Below are positions 9,022 through 20,131 of a DNA stretch of 56,330 nucleotides, piece after piece. The DNA comes from Prevotella sp. (lineage in GTDB: Bacteria > Bacteroidota > Bacteroidia > Bacteroidales > Dysgonomonadaceae). Under the pieces are notes generated by a model. It was not told the origin of the DNA and ran no database searches. It worked only from the letters and a program-made list of their open reading frames with translations. Where the stretch lies: the NCBI GenBank assembly GCA_031285625.1, contig JAITVV010000038.1, forward strand, positions 1 through 56,330, in the 5' to 3' direction. The position numbers were made by a program, and so were the translations under genes. The stretch's first letter is position 1. Every line of letters begins with the position of its first letter.

Positions 9022-9786
9022 TTATATTATTCCCATCAGTTTAGCAATACGACATGCTTCAAGAGAATTTTTTACGCGAAGTTTAGATAAAATATTCTGT
9101 CGATGCCTACTTACAGTATTTTTACTAATACATAATGCCTGTGAGATATCCTCACTGCGGTTTCCCCTTTCAATCAATTTCAATATTTCAACCTCGCGTT
9201 TAGAAAGAATAGAATCAATTTGTCCATTGCCCGGATTGATTACTTCTCCAGTAAATGAATCAATAATCATTCCATTGGGAAACTCGGGAACAAATTTTTC
9301 ATGAGAAAGATTATAGAGACATAATGCCAACCACAAATTACCTAATGGACAATTTTGAACATAAAACATTCTGTGATGAACATGCTTATATTGCCCTGTA
9401 TTATCTTTCATCCGGATAATGCTGGTTATTTGATAATCCGAACGTTTTTCAATTGGTAAAGATTTGAGTAATTGAGTAAATTTCAGCTCTAGTAAATGCT
9501 TATTTATCAGATCATCAGGATGTATGTTATTAAAAATACCATCTTCCCATATGGAGCTAATGTGTTCATGTAAAGGCTTTTCTATTTGAAACAACTTGTT
9601 TGATATTCTACCATAAAATATATCACTGTGATTCGATTTCAAGTCACTCAGTACAGCAATAGAATTCTCTATTTTACTATACATATAAGCAATCTGACGA
9701 CAGCTCTCCAATGCTATATTATCATTTTTACCTTCTGCAAAAGGCTGTTTTAACAAACTTTCGTTTAGAGTCTGAATAATATTCAT
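9022..9786 (-). CDS. LuxR family transcriptional regulator
   Basis: LSKREVEILKLI..G..SEDISQALCISKNTVSRHRQNILSKL. Confidence 0.9.
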   Translation of the reverse strand: MNIIQTLNESLLKQPFAEGKNDNIALESCRQIAYMYSKIENSIAVLSDLKSNHSDIFYGRISNKLFQIEKPLHEHISSIWEDGIFNNIHPDDLINKHLLELKFTQLLKSLPIEKRSDYQITSIIRMKDNTGQYKHVHHRMFYVQNCPLGNLWLALCLYNLSHEKFVPEFPNGMIIDSFTGEVINPGNGQIDSILSKREVEILKLIERGNRSEDISQALCISKNTVSRHRQNILSKLRVKNSLEACRIAKLMGII

Positions 9787-9830
9787 TAAAATGGTTATTT
9801 ATGAGTATTGATTACTAACAATTGGCTTCA

Positions 9831-9838
9831 TATCTTTG
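9831..9838 (+). promoter_or_regulatory. Bacteroidota -7 promoter box
   Basis: TATCTTTG matches TAnnTTTG upstream of the DUF1349 gene. Confidence 0.5.
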
Positions 9839-9942
9839 CAAAGATAAATAAGATGAATGGTTATTTTTCCATAAACGATAAAATCATTATCTGTAATAAA
9901 TTCAAAACTATCTATATAAATATGAAATTACGAAATTGCCCT

Positions 9943-10599
9943 ATGAACAAAACATTAATTACTACCATTCTCTTGGTATTAATGTTTACATTAAAAAGTA
10001 TGTCACAAAGTCTTGAAAAAATGCAATGGTTCAATGAACCTGAAAAATGGGAGATAAAAGATAATTCCCTTTCCATGTTTGTAACACCACAAAGTGATTA
10101 CTGGCGTATATCGCACTACGGATTTACGGTAGACGATGCTCCGTTTTATTACACTACTTATGGTGGTGAATTTGAAGCAAAAGTAAAAGTTACAGGAGAT
10201 TATAAAGTACGCTTTGACCAGGCAGGACTAATGATCCGTATTGATCATGAAAATTACATAAAGACCGGAATAGAATTTCATGATGGGAAATATAAACTCA
10301 GCTCTGTAGTTACCCACAAGACAAGTGACTGGAGCGTAATTGAACTGGAAAAACCAGTTCCATTTGTATGGATTAAAGCAGTAAGAAGACTGGATGCGGT
10401 TGAAATATATTATTCTTTCGACGATAAAACATATACAATGATGCGCAATGCATGGCTACAGGATAATCGCCCTGTGATGATAGGTTTAATGGCAGCATGT
10501 CCGGACGGAAACGGCTTTAATGTGAAATTTGAACATTTTAAAGTGAAACATCTACCAGACCAAAGAAGAGTAAACTGGCTCAAAAACAATACAGATTAA
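9943..10599 (+). CDS. DUF1349 domain protein
   Basis: WFNEP..SDYWRISHYGF..DQAGLMIR..YIKTGIE..MAACPDG. Signal-peptide-like start at 9943 (track start is 9808). Confidence 0.8.
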   Translation: MNKTLITTILLVLMFTLKSMSQSLEKMQWFNEPEKWEIKDNSLSMFVTPQSDYWRISHYGFTVDDAPFYYTTYGGEFEAKVKVTGDYKVRFDQAGLMIRIDHENYIKTGIEFHDGKYKLSSVVTHKTSDWSVIELEKPVPFVWIKAVRRLDAVEIYYSFDDKTYTMMRNAWLQDNRPVMIGLMAACPDGNGFNVKFEHFKVKHLPDQRRVNWLKNNTD

Positions 10600-10692
10600 A
10601 GTTACTCCCCATTTTTGTTGCTCGTTCAAGAAAATAACAGAAGTTTCGCCCAGCGACTTTATTAAACAAGCCACCAGTAGATTTATTATATT

Positions 10693-11595
10693 ATGGTAAA
10701 TGATACATATCTGGAATATATAAAAAGAATAAATAACGTTCTTTATTTTATAGAAGATAATCTGGATGGTGATCTATCTTTAAAAACACTATCACAAATT
10801 GCTGCATTCTCACAATTTCACTTCCATCGGATATTTTCTACAATAGTAGGCGAATCCCTGAATGATTATATCGTAAGAAAAAGGGTTGAACGTATAGCCT
10901 CCATTCTTCTTGTTGGAACAGATGAAAAACTGACAAATATAGCATACAAATATGGGTTTAACAGTGTAAACACCTTTTCAAAGACTTTTAAAAAATTATA
11001 CGGAATCAGCCCAACTGAATTTAACAAAAATAAGCCTGAAATATTTAGCAAGATCGGGATAAAACTTGTTACTGATGAAAAATATTTTTGTATAGCAAAT
11101 CACTTAAAAAAATGGATAGATATGAATGCAAAAGTAGAAATTAAAGAATTACCAGAAATGAAGCTTGCCGGTATTACAACTTTCGGTAATTTTGAGTTGA
11201 CCAATAAAAATTATCTGAAGCTTTTTAAATGGGCAGATGAGAATAAACTGATTGAAGGTAGAGAAGTAAAGGTAGTTACAATCTATTATGATAATCCTCA
11301 TGTAACCACAACTATGGAAAAGGTAAGGCATGCAGAATGCATCTCCATAGATACCGAAATCAGAGCAGTTGGAGACATAGTACCTATTATAAATCCAAAG
11401 GGTAAATATGCCGTTGGGCGATTTGAAATACGCCCCGGCGATGAATTCCAAAAAGCTTGGGAAGGTATGTATTCTACAGTTATTGAGAAAAATTATAAAT
11501 TCAGGGATGGAGGCTATATGGAGATCTTTCATAACGATTGTCGTAATCATCCCGAAAAAAAGTTTATTGTAGATATCTGTATTCCTATAGAATAA
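10693..11595 (+). CDS. AraC family regulator with GyrI-like domain
   Basis: FSQFHFHRIF N-terminal HTH; GKYAVGRF...DICIPI C-terminus. Confidence 0.9.
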   Translation: MVNDTYLEYIKRINNVLYFIEDNLDGDLSLKTLSQIAAFSQFHFHRIFSTIVGESLNDYIVRKRVERIASILLVGTDEKLTNIAYKYGFNSVNTFSKTFKKLYGISPTEFNKNKPEIFSKIGIKLVTDEKYFCIANHLKKWIDMNAKVEIKELPEMKLAGITTFGNFELTNKNYLKLFKWADENKLIEGREVKVVTIYYDNPHVTTTMEKVRHAECISIDTEIRAVGDIVPIINPKGKYAVGRFEIRPGDEFQKAWEGMYSTVIEKNYKFRDGGYMEIFHNDCRNHPEKKFIVDICIPIE

Positions 11596-11635
11596 CTATT
11601 ATGGTTTTAATGTAGAATAAAAAGATGCATTAACA

Positions 11636-11666
11636 CAAGGAGCAAAAGCTGGTTATTTGCTCCTTG
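11636..11666. terminator. Hairpin between convergent genes
   Basis: CAAGGAGCAAA...TTTGCTCCTTG. Confidence 0.6.
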
Positions 11667-11698
11667 CAATATTATCTTCAAAACTTATCATCTCCCTA

Positions 11699-12466
11699 TT
11701 AAAACAAGTCCGCTATTTTAATATCTGGATTATGGTATTGCAATCTACCTTTAGATCTGCCTAAGCTAATTGCATTTTTAGGACACCAGTGTACACAAGC
11801 ATGGCATGACTGACAGTTTACACTCCATTGTGGTTTTTTATTTTTTATTGATATATTATTCACAGGACATACTTTACTGCATATACCACAACCAATACAA
11901 TTATCATCTGAGGTTATTTTTTTATAAGTGTCCTTGAAAAAAATATTGAACATGCTTTTATGTAATTTCTCAGACACTCCGCAATATTTAGACGGCTGTA
12001 TTTCAGTTTTATCTTTTATATCATTGGCTATTTTATCTGTAATTGTATCTGCACGTTCCAATATAGCCGGTCTTTTCACTGCAGAAACTTCATATTCTTT
12101 TAAACAATTTCCCACTGTAGGAACATAGTTACCATAATTTAAGCTGACTCCCTTATTGTTTAATATCTTGTTGACTACCGATAAAGTACTTCCTTTGTAA
12201 GTATAGTATGTGGCTATGGAAAAATAATATACATTGTCTTGAAATGGAAAATCTTCCAAAAAACGATAGACTATATCAGGCACTCCTCCCATATAAACAG
12301 GGAATACAAATCCGACGATAGATGAGTCAGGATGTTCTGTCACATTCATTCTGTTTATTTTCACTAATTTCGATTGTTCATATAAGGAAGCTATTACTGA
12401 TGCTGCCTTTAGGCTGTTACCTGTTGCCGAGAAATAATAAATTATAATTTTTTCATTTGTTTTCAT
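11699..12466 (-). CDS. EFR1-type flavodoxin/4Fe-4S ferredoxin
   Basis: YFSATGNS, GFVFPVY, two CxxCxxCxxxCP motifs. Confidence 0.9.
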   Translation of the reverse strand: MKTNEKIIIYYFSATGNSLKAASVIASLYEQSKLVKINRMNVTEHPDSSIVGFVFPVYMGGVPDIVYRFLEDFPFQDNVYYFSIATYYTYKGSTLSVVNKILNNKGVSLNYGNYVPTVGNCLKEYEVSAVKRPAILERADTITDKIANDIKDKTEIQPSKYCGVSEKLHKSMFNIFFKDTYKKITSDDNCIGCGICSKVCPVNNISIKNKKPQWSVNCQSCHACVHWCPKNAISLGRSKGRLQYHNPDIKIADLF

Positions 12467-12608
12467 ATCGGTTTATTTGCACATAATAATAAAGTTACTT
12501 ACTTTTAGAAAGTGTAAAAGTATTTACTTATATACTAAAAAGCAAGAACTTACAATATGAATCGTTACTTACCTATTGGTTTGAATTATTGAAATACAAG
12601 AATTTATA

Positions 12609-12971
12609 ATGGAACAATTTTTGAAAAAATATCCCTATACGGAAAATTGTCCGTTTAGGATGGTTATGGAACATTTCGGTAATAAGTGGTCTATGATTAT
12701 ATTAATTACTTTGGGCGAAAACGGGAAAATGAGATTTAATGAACTGGATAAATGTATTGTTGATATCTCGCAGAAGGTACTCACAAGTACACTCAGGACA
12801 TTAGAGAAAGACGGGTTTGTGAAAAGGAAAATGTATTCCGAAATTCCACCAAGAGTCGAGTATAAACTTACTGCATTAGGTATGGATTTGTTACCGTTAA
12901 TTGAACGTTTTGCTGATTGGTCTTATGATCACATCGATGAAATAAAAAAGGCACAGACACGAAAAGTATAA
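12609..12971 (+). CDS. HxlR family transcriptional regulator
   Basis: CP...GNKWSMII..RFNEL..ISQKVLT..PPRVEYKLT. Divergent from the flavodoxin gene. Confidence 0.92.
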   Translation: MEQFLKKYPYTENCPFRMVMEHFGNKWSMIILITLGENGKMRFNELDKCIVDISQKVLTSTLRTLEKDGFVKRKMYSEIPPRVEYKLTALGMDLLPLIERFADWSYDHIDEIKKAQTRKV

Positions 12972-13034
12972 TTTTCATATTTTCAGTAATGTAAGATAAC
13001 TCTCAAATAAAATCATTCCATGTAAAAAAATCAA

Positions 13035-13952
13035 TCATTTAGTAAATAATAATTTATTCTTACTAATTATCATTACGCTAAGCAATATCACAATCAATCC
13101 TACTATCTGGATCCATGTTACATCTTCATTTCCAAGAAACATTCCCAGAAAAACAGCCACAAACGGATTGACGTATGCGTGGGTAGCCACTTCTGTTGCC
13201 GGGCGTACTTTGAGTAACCACACATATGCAGAATAAGCCATAATGGAACCGAATATTATCAGGTATACTAATGAAAGCCACGAATAAATAGGCACCAGAT
13301 GAATATCGGTGTGCACAATATCACCATTGACGATCGTACACATCCAGAATGCTGCACTCGCAAAAAGCATCTGCCAGGCTGATCCTGCAAAGGCATTGAC
13401 CTCTTCCTCACCCGATGACCTATATTTGGCGTATAACGTCCCCAATGCCCAAGAAATACAACCAACAAGTAATAATAACACCCCATACTCACGGTGTTCT
13501 CCAAGAGCATTATCGTAATTGAACTGCTCAATATACAACATCATCACCCCCAGAAAACCGATAATAATACCGATGACTACTGCCGGATTGCGAAAATTCT
13601 TTTTCCACATAGGTGCATCCAGCGCCATAATCCAGATAGCAGTCGAACTGGCAATGATAGCCACAAGGCTACTGCTAACATATTTCTGCGCCAGCATCAC
13701 TACTGCCATATCTATAAACAACAGCACAATGCCACTAATAGCAGATTTCTTAATCAGCCTCTTCTTGAAAATGGGTTCGCCCCTGAATTTGCACCACGCC
13801 AGAAGTAAAAGTCCGGCAGCAGTAAAACGAAGAGCACCCAGCAGAAATGGCGGTAATCCTTTGAGGGCTACACCTATAAAATAATAAGTGGAGCCCCAGA
13901 CTACATATATCAGAAAGTAAGCAATAATAATGTTTATTCTCCGAACTTCCAT
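13035..13952 (-). CDS. EamA/DMT family transporter
   Basis: VVWGSTY, RFTAAG, AYVNPFVAVFLG; about 10 hydrophobic segments. Confidence 0.9.
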   Translation of the reverse strand: MEVRRINIIIAYFLIYVVWGSTYYFIGVALKGLPPFLLGALRFTAAGLLLLAWCKFRGEPIFKKRLIKKSAISGIVLLFIDMAVVMLAQKYVSSSLVAIIASSTAIWIMALDAPMWKKNFRNPAVVIGIIIGFLGVMMLYIEQFNYDNALGEHREYGVLLLLVGCISWALGTLYAKYRSSGEEEVNAFAGSAWQMLFASAAFWMCTIVNGDIVHTDIHLVPIYSWLSLVYLIIFGSIMAYSAYVWLLKVRPATEVATHAYVNPFVAVFLGMFLGNEDVTWIQIVGLIVILLSVMIISKNKLLFTK

Positions 13953-13966
13953 TCCGCCGCGTTATT

Positions 13967-15127
13967 TTATTCTCCGAAAAGGTTTCTGATCTTTTCCAAT
14001 CCATTTATCAGCCTATCGCGCTGTGTGGCAATATTAATGCGGATAAATCCTTCTCCAGCTTCCCCGTACATCGTACCCTCATTCAGCCACAGTTTTTCTT
14101 TTGTCAACAATTTATCCACAATCTCTTTGGATGTAACTCCGAGGGCAGAACAGTCTACCCAGACTAGATAAGTCGCTTCCAAAGGGAGTACAGGCATATT
14201 AGGAAGGTACTTTTGAAAGAAGTTTGAGAGAAGTCTGTAATTATCATATAAATATATCTTTAGTTCATCCAGCCAGTCGTCCCCTTCGTTATAAGCAGCT
14301 ATCAGCGCTTCAACGGCAAAGCAATTTATTTCACACACCTCGTTTACATTCAGTGCCTTGTCTATTCTCTTTTTTATTTCTCCATCTGCCGCAATTATAT
14401 TAGCTACCTGTATTCCTGCCAGGTTGAATGTTTTACTTGGAGCGATACAGGTTACCGAGTTTTGCAGAAATTCATCACTGACGGAAGCGAAAGGAATATG
14501 CGTATGACCATCGTAAACAAGGTCGCAGTGTATTTCATCAGACACTACAATAACATTATTACGAAGACATATCTCTCCGATCGTAGTCAATTCTTCTTTA
14601 GTCCATACCCTGCCAACTGGGTTATGAGGATTACAAAGGAGCATCAGCTTTACTTTCGGATCGGCTGCTTTATCTTCGAGGTCATCGAAATCAATGCTGT
14701 AAACATTGTTCTTATATAGTAGTTTACTGGCAACCATTTCACATTCATCATTGCGTATACTGGAAAAGAAACAATTGTAAACGGGCGTCTGTACTAATAC
14801 TTTATCCCCGGGGACTGTCAGTGCTTTAATCACAGCAGATAAGGCAGGCACTACACCCGACGTGAACAATATCCATTCTTTCCTGATACTGAACTCATGC
14901 TTTCTCTTAAACCATGATATAGTGGCCTCATAATATGCTTGAGGGACTTTCGTGTATCCAAATATACCATGTTGTACACGCTTTGCCAAAGCATCAACAA
15001 TAACAGGGGCTGTACGGAAATCCATATCAGCTACCCACATCGGCAATACATCGTTATCAGTTGCCGTATCCCATTTGTAAGAGTTACTGCCGCTGCGTTG
15101 GGTTATTTCATCAAAATTATATTTCAT
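13967..15127 (-). CDS. MalY/PatB family PLP-dependent C-S lyase
   Basis: [34 protein letters not shown]. Likely start MKYNFD. Confidence 0.92.
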   Translation of the reverse strand: MKYNFDEITQRSGSNSYKWDTATDNDVLPMWVADMDFRTAPVIVDALAKRVQHGIFGYTKVPQAYYEATISWFKRKHEFSIRKEWILFTSGVVPALSAVIKALTVPGDKVLVQTPVYNCFFSSIRNDECEMVASKLLYKNNVYSIDFDDLEDKAADPKVKLMLLCNPHNPVGRVWTKEELTTIGEICLRNNVIVVSDEIHCDLVYDGHTHIPFASVSDEFLQNSVTCIAPSKTFNLAGIQVANIIAADGEIKKRIDKALNVNEVCEINCFAVEALIAAYNEGDDWLDELKIYLYDNYRLLSNFFQKYLPNMPVLPLEATYLVWVDCSALGVTSKEIVDKLLTKEKLWLNEGTMYGEAGEGFIRINIATQRDRLINGLEKIRNLFGE

Positions 15128-15150
15128 TTTTGTCGATTCGGTTTTCTTAA

Positions 15151-16017
15151 TTACGAAGCAACGCAAGCTTCTTTTCTAGACTTGATTTTACAGCCTTCAG
15201 GTTTTTTACAGTTCTTATCGATAATAATTTCGCCTACACTCTCACACTCAATAAATCCTTCAGTAGGATTTTTAATACTGGTCACATGGCTGTTAATAAC
15301 AGCTTCTACTATACTGTACTCAAATGCAAGATCACAATCTTCAGCAAAGGTACAATTCTCTAAAACTAAGTTGGTACAGTAACAGAGCGGCTGTGTTCCT
15401 GAAATCTTACAATTCACCAATTTCAGATTTTTAGAATGCCATCCTAAATACTCGCCGTTCAGTTCAGAATCATAAACAGTCACGTTTTCCGTTTTCCAGA
15501 AAGCATCTTTGGAATCCAGTTTTGCATTGCGAACTGTAACATTCTTTGCATCCTGAAAAGAATAATTACCTTGCAGGTAAAAACCATCTATATCGATGTT
15601 GATGCCGTTCATAAAGATGTAGTCCCCTCCCCGCGCTTCCACATTGCGCAGTTTCATATCACGACAATTCCACATAGTTTCACCGGCTGAAGTCAACTTT
15701 ACATTTCCAAGATATAATCCGTCTATTTCACGAAACATCTTCGGAGCCTCAACTTTAGTATTTACCATACGTACATTCTTCGAATACCAGATAGCAGCAC
15801 GGCTATATACAGTAAACAGGCAATCTTCAATCACTGCATTGTCATTATGCCAAAAAGGGTATTTGCACATAAATTCGCATTTGTGAGCTTCGATATTTGT
15901 ACATTCTTTCAGTGCCGATTCGCCCGGATAGAATTTCACGTTTTCAAGGCGTATATCATTTGTTGCAAAAAGAGGTCTTTCTCCTTCAAAGAAAGTGTCT
16001 TTAATAATTTGTTTCAT
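15151..16017 (-). CDS. DUF3737 family protein
   Basis: [33 protein letters not shown]; adjacent to PatB as usual. Confidence 0.9.
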   Translation of the reverse strand: MKQIIKDTFFEGERPLFATNDIRLENVKFYPGESALKECTNIEAHKCEFMCKYPFWHNDNAVIEDCLFTVYSRAAIWYSKNVRMVNTKVEAPKMFREIDGLYLGNVKLTSAGETMWNCRDMKLRNVEARGGDYIFMNGINIDIDGFYLQGNYSFQDAKNVTVRNAKLDSKDAFWKTENVTVYDSELNGEYLGWHSKNLKLVNCKISGTQPLCYCTNLVLENCTFAEDCDLAFEYSIVEAVINSHVTSIKNPTEGFIECESVGEIIIDKNCKKPEGCKIKSRKEACVAS

Positions 16018-16131
16018 TGTTGTTTTAGTAGTTTAGTTATTATATATGTTATTTAGTCAGTTACAATTTGTATTAATATTTATTATTGCTTTCCTATACT
16101 CGATAATATTGAGTTCAGTACATTTATCACA

Positions 16132-17373
16132 TTATTTAATAAGTTTGAACCGCTTACCATAAGTCAGCATCCGCCAGCCCCATTCGAAAGGACCAAAACG
16201 AAAACGATGAAGCCATAAATAACTGTATATTATTTGTATGCAGAATACTGCGACAGCAATTAGTTCCACATAAACTAATCCAGTACGTGCACCCAGTTGA
16301 AAACCGATACCATAAAATATAATTATTCCGAAAACAGACTGCATCAGGTAATTAGTGAGGGCCATGCGTCCCGGTACAGCGAATACTTTGAACACCTTTC
16401 TTTCTGTATTTGTAAGGTACCATAAGCAAATAGTTGAAATATAGAAAAAGGCGAAAGGAACAACACTAACTGTATAAATGACTGAATGTATAGTCAATCC
16501 TAAAGGGCGTCCATTCATGGCGCTCCACGCATAGAGTAAGGTGAAAGGAAAGCCTATGATAAATCCGCAACTCATCACTTTTTTAAGAAGACTTTTATTC
16601 TTATTCAGATTAGCATAAATACCTTTCCTTCCTATATAAAGCCCAAGCAAGAACAATCCAAGTACTTTAAAAAAGCGATTGCCATCGATAAACTCCTGTA
16701 AACGGATAAAAGAACCTGCCAGATTGAATTTTAATACTTCGAGGTATGTCCGGCTTTCAGCCAACCATACAGGAAAGTTATTTTCTGTTATGCCGAACTG
16801 CCCATGAAAATATTTTGTTGTTGCGATAGCAAAGGCAGCAGGATTCCAACCGAGAAATTCCACGCCGGCATCGAGGACTACAGGAATCACTAATAATACA
16901 ATTATGCATGTTATGAGTATTCGGTCTGATACCTTAATAAATAATGGAAGAAATAAACCTGCAAAAGCATATAAAGCCAAAATATCACCAGCCCAAAGGC
17001 ATACAAGATGTAATAGACCAATAAGAAATAAAACAAGTATCCGGCGATAAAAAATTCTAATGCCATTCCTATTGTTCTTTTCTGCATTAGAAAGGATAAT
17101 GGAAAAACCTATGCCGAATAATAGTGAAAAAATCGTATAGAACTTACCATCAATAAAAATATATTGCAGATATCTTATTACCGTATCAACTCCTGCTGTC
17201 GACATAGCAGCCGCCATATTAGCAGGCAGAAAAGTATATAAGGAAAACTCAGGAAAATTAGCCAAACAGATGCCAAGTAATGCGAGTCCGCGTAAACAAT
17301 CCAGTATAATGTGCCTTTTAGAGATGGGTTGGTTTAAATTACCAGACATATGTATTGACTGTTTTCCTGCCAT
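16132..17373 (-). CDS. DUF418 (YeiB-like) membrane protein
   Basis: LDCLRGLALLGI, KFYTIFSLLFG, GRMALTNYLMQS, GPFEWGWR. Confidence 0.9.
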   Translation of the reverse strand: MAGKQSIHMSGNLNQPISKRHIILDCLRGLALLGICLANFPEFSLYTFLPANMAAAMSTAGVDTVIRYLQYIFIDGKFYTIFSLLFGIGFSIILSNAEKNNRNGIRIFYRRILVLFLIGLLHLVCLWAGDILALYAFAGLFLPLFIKVSDRILITCIIVLLVIPVVLDAGVEFLGWNPAAFAIATTKYFHGQFGITENNFPVWLAESRTYLEVLKFNLAGSFIRLQEFIDGNRFFKVLGLFLLGLYIGRKGIYANLNKNKSLLKKVMSCGFIIGFPFTLLYAWSAMNGRPLGLTIHSVIYTVSVVPFAFFYISTICLWYLTNTERKVFKVFAVPGRMALTNYLMQSVFGIIIFYGIGFQLGARTGLVYVELIAVAVFCIQIIYSYLWLHRFRFGPFEWGWRMLTYGKRFKLIK

Positions 17374-17488
17374 TATTGATATAATTTAAATACAAAGATT
17401 TAATTTAATTTTTTTAGTTTGTTGTATGTTTCGTTAAGAAGAAAAATCAATGTATAAAAACGAATTACTTAACATAATATTTTGCAGC

Positions 17489-17977
17489 TTACTGTAATTC
17501 AAACTTAACAGTTATGCTACTTCCTTCGAGTGCTCTTTGCAATCCTGACGGATTCTCAACTTTACCTATCCGGGTATAGCTATATGATGTAGAGAAAGTT
17601 TTATAAAACAATACTAAAGTGGTAGACCCGTATAACATTAAATCTCCATTTTGTATAGTATCGGGATTTGAAGTATCTGTCGGCAATGCGCCAGGCAAAC
17701 CGTAATACTTTTCGTTATTGTTCAGGTCGGACATATCGATAGTCATCGGCAAGAACTGTTTAAAAGCATTCGCTGTCATATTATCCTGCAATGTAACTAT
17801 AAATTCGGTAGTACCAATAGTTAGTTTCACATTCATATTTTCATTGTCTTTATCAGAATCCGGGTCTGTATTATCATTGATTTCTGGTGTTAAGGCATCG
17901 TTTCTGTCATCAGAGTTGCATGCAGAAAGACTTGTTATCATAAGAATAGAAAGTAATACTACAACTATCTTTTTCAT
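17489..17977 (-). CDS. Cyclophilin-like fold lipoprotein
   Basis: Lipobox LSAC; NEKY, GDLMLYG, LVLFY, YTRIGKV. Confidence 0.85.
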   Translation of the reverse strand: MKKIVVVLLSILMITSLSACNSDDRNDALTPEINDNTDPDSDKDNENMNVKLTIGTTEFIVTLQDNMTANAFKQFLPMTIDMSDLNNNEKYYGLPGALPTDTSNPDTIQNGDLMLYGSTTLVLFYKTFSTSYSYTRIGKVENPSGLQRALEGSSITVKFELQ

Positions 17978-17979
17978 AA

Positions 17980-18546
17980 TTAATCTGTTTTTATTTTTCT
18001 AATAATTTTTGCAGGATTGCCTCCTACTACCATATTATCTGGCACATCCTTTGTCACAACTGCTCCGGCTGCAACTATCGCATTTTCTCCGATAGTCACT
18101 CCCGGCAGGATAATTGCTGCCGCACCGATCCACGCATTACGTTTTATCAGAATAGGTTTTGTATATACGCTGTGACGTAATCTGGGTTCTTCGGCATGAT
18201 TTTCTGTAATGATATTTACATTCGGCCCTATAAAAGCACCATCTTCCAATGTAATACCACCTCTGTCCATAAATATACACCCACTATTTATGAATACTTT
18301 CTTTCCCAAACGTATAAATTGCCCGAAGTCGGTATAAAAAGGAGGCACTATCCAAGTCATTTCATCTAGTTTCTGCCCTGTAAGTTCACTTATAATTTCA
18401 CGTGTCTCTTCTTTGGTATGATATGATGCATTTAATTGGCCTGTAATACGCATTCCCCTCAAAAGAGCTTCATATAACTTCGGATATTCGGGATCATTTT
18501 CGAGAATCAGTTCACCTTGTTTCATTCTTTCAAATATGTCCATCAT
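17980..18546 (-). CDS. Sugar O-acetyltransferase (Maa/LacA hexapeptide family)
   Basis: PPFYTDFG, WIGAAAIILPGVTIG, VVTKDVP..GGNPAK. Confidence 0.9.
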   Translation of the reverse strand: MMDIFERMKQGELILENDPEYPKLYEALLRGMRITGQLNASYHTKEETREIISELTGQKLDEMTWIVPPFYTDFGQFIRLGKKVFINSGCIFMDRGGITLEDGAFIGPNVNIITENHAEEPRLRHSVYTKPILIKRNAWIGAAAIILPGVTIGENAIVAAGAVVTKDVPDNMVVGGNPAKIIRKIKTD

Positions 18547-18550
18547 GCAA

Positions 18551-19648
18551 TTATTTAAAATTTGTGGTAAAGAAAGACTCTATTTTATCAAATGGAATTA
18601 TATCCATACGGTCGTATAAATCTACGTGGTTTGCACCAGGAATAATCATCAGTTCTTTGTTATCTCCTTTCAGCTTTTTGAAAGCATCTTCACCGAAATA
18701 TCGTGAATGAGCTTTCTCTCCGTGGACAATAAGCACGGCACTGCGAATCTCGTCACTATACGATAGTAGGGGCATATTGATGAAAGGCAGAGAGGATGTC
18801 ACATTCCACCCGTTATTTGAATTGAGAGAGCGTTTATGATAACCACGATTTGTTTTATAATAGCTGTAATAGTCTTTCACAAATTGTGGTGCATCGTCAG
18901 GTAATGGATCTACAACACCTCCGGCAAGTGCATATGTACCGTTCTTTGCGTCGATTACACGCTGGGCATTGAGTTGTTGTCGAAGTTTATAGCGAGCGTC
19001 CGCATCCATCGAATCATTATATCCGTTAGCGTTGACACGGCTCATATCATACATTGTAGATGCAACACTTGCTTTGATGCGGGTGTCTATAGATGCTGCA
19101 TTGATTGCCATACCTCCCCAGCCACAAATGCCGAGTATTCCGATGCGTTCGGGGTCTACATCATCGCGTAATAATAGAAAATCGACAGCTGCACTGAAAT
19201 CTTCTGTATTGATATCGGGTGAAGCTACATAACGAGGCTCACCACTACTTTCGCCAGTATATGAGGGATCAAAGGCAATGGTGAGGAATCCCCGTTCGGC
19301 TAATGTCTGGGCATAAAGGCCAGAAGACTGTTCTTTCACTGCACCGAAAGGCCCGCATATAGCAATAGCTGCCAATTTTCCACTAACATTTTTGGGGATA
19401 TACATATCGGCAGCAAGTGTGATGCCGTAGCGATTGCGGAATGTCACCTTACTATGATTCACTTTGTCACTTTTGGGGAATACTTTGTCCCACTCCTGGG
19501 TTAAATTCAGATTTTCGTTCATAATGGTATTGGTATTATTTTTTATTGTTTCATTTGTTTTATCATCAGAATTCGATGCTAATAGACTACTTGCAGTAAA
19601 TAAGCTAGCAATTAGTAGTATATTGAATTTTTTTATTGGCCTTTTCAT
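18551..19648 (-). CDS. Alpha/beta hydrolase (YcjY-like)
   Basis: GPFGAVKEQ, FDPSYTGES, GICGWGG, GANHVDLYD. Confidence 0.9.
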   Translation of the reverse strand: MKRPIKKFNILLIASLFTASSLLASNSDDKTNETIKNNTNTIMNENLNLTQEWDKVFPKSDKVNHSKVTFRNRYGITLAADMYIPKNVSGKLAAIAICGPFGAVKEQSSGLYAQTLAERGFLTIAFDPSYTGESSGEPRYVASPDINTEDFSAAVDFLLLRDDVDPERIGILGICGWGGMAINAASIDTRIKASVASTMYDMSRVNANGYNDSMDADARYKLRQQLNAQRVIDAKNGTYALAGGVVDPLPDDAPQFVKDYYSYYKTNRGYHKRSLNSNNGWNVTSSLPFINMPLLSYSDEIRSAVLIVHGEKAHSRYFGEDAFKKLKGDNKELMIIPGANHVDLYDRMDIIPFDKIESFFTTNFK

Positions 19649-19666
19649 ATCTTTATTTTTAATAGT

Positions 19667-20131
19667 TTATTTTATTTTTAATCCTGGTATGAGTGGTGTG
19701 GCGTCAATCAATTCAAGAGACTGAACCATATCAAGTGTTCCTTTCTTGTATTTTAAGAAATGAGGTGTTTTGATATGCTTTTGGTAGGCTTCTTCATCGG
19801 CATAAATTTCGAGGATAACCAGTTTGTTTGGGTTATCTTTTTCCGAAACGGCATACAGCGTAAGAACATCCGGTTCCAGGTGCATGGAGGCTTCGATTTC
19901 TTCTTTCAGGAAAACGTTGTATTCTCCAAGTCGCGTAAAATCTACTGTAATCATTGACAAGCGGACTTTGTTGCTATCTGCAAAAATAGATATTTCGCTC
20001 ACGATTGATTCCTTATTTTCATTGTTGGATGAACAACTCGTAAATACAATAGTTAAGATCATTGTAAGTATAAAGAGGAAAAATAATTTTTTCACCATTA
20101 TTATTCTATTTTGCATTATCATATTCTTCAT
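19667..20131 (-). CDS. Antibiotic biosynthesis monooxygenase (ABM) domain lipoprotein
   Basis: ILEIYADEEAYQKHIKTPHFLKYK; lipobox-like FTSC. Confidence 0.8.
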   Translation of the reverse strand: MKNMIMQNRIIMVKKLFFLFILTMILTIVFTSCSSNNENKESIVSEISIFADSNKVRLSMITVDFTRLGEYNVFLKEEIEASMHLEPDVLTLYAVSEKDNPNKLVILEIYADEEAYQKHIKTPHFLKYKKGTLDMVQSLELIDATPLIPGLKIK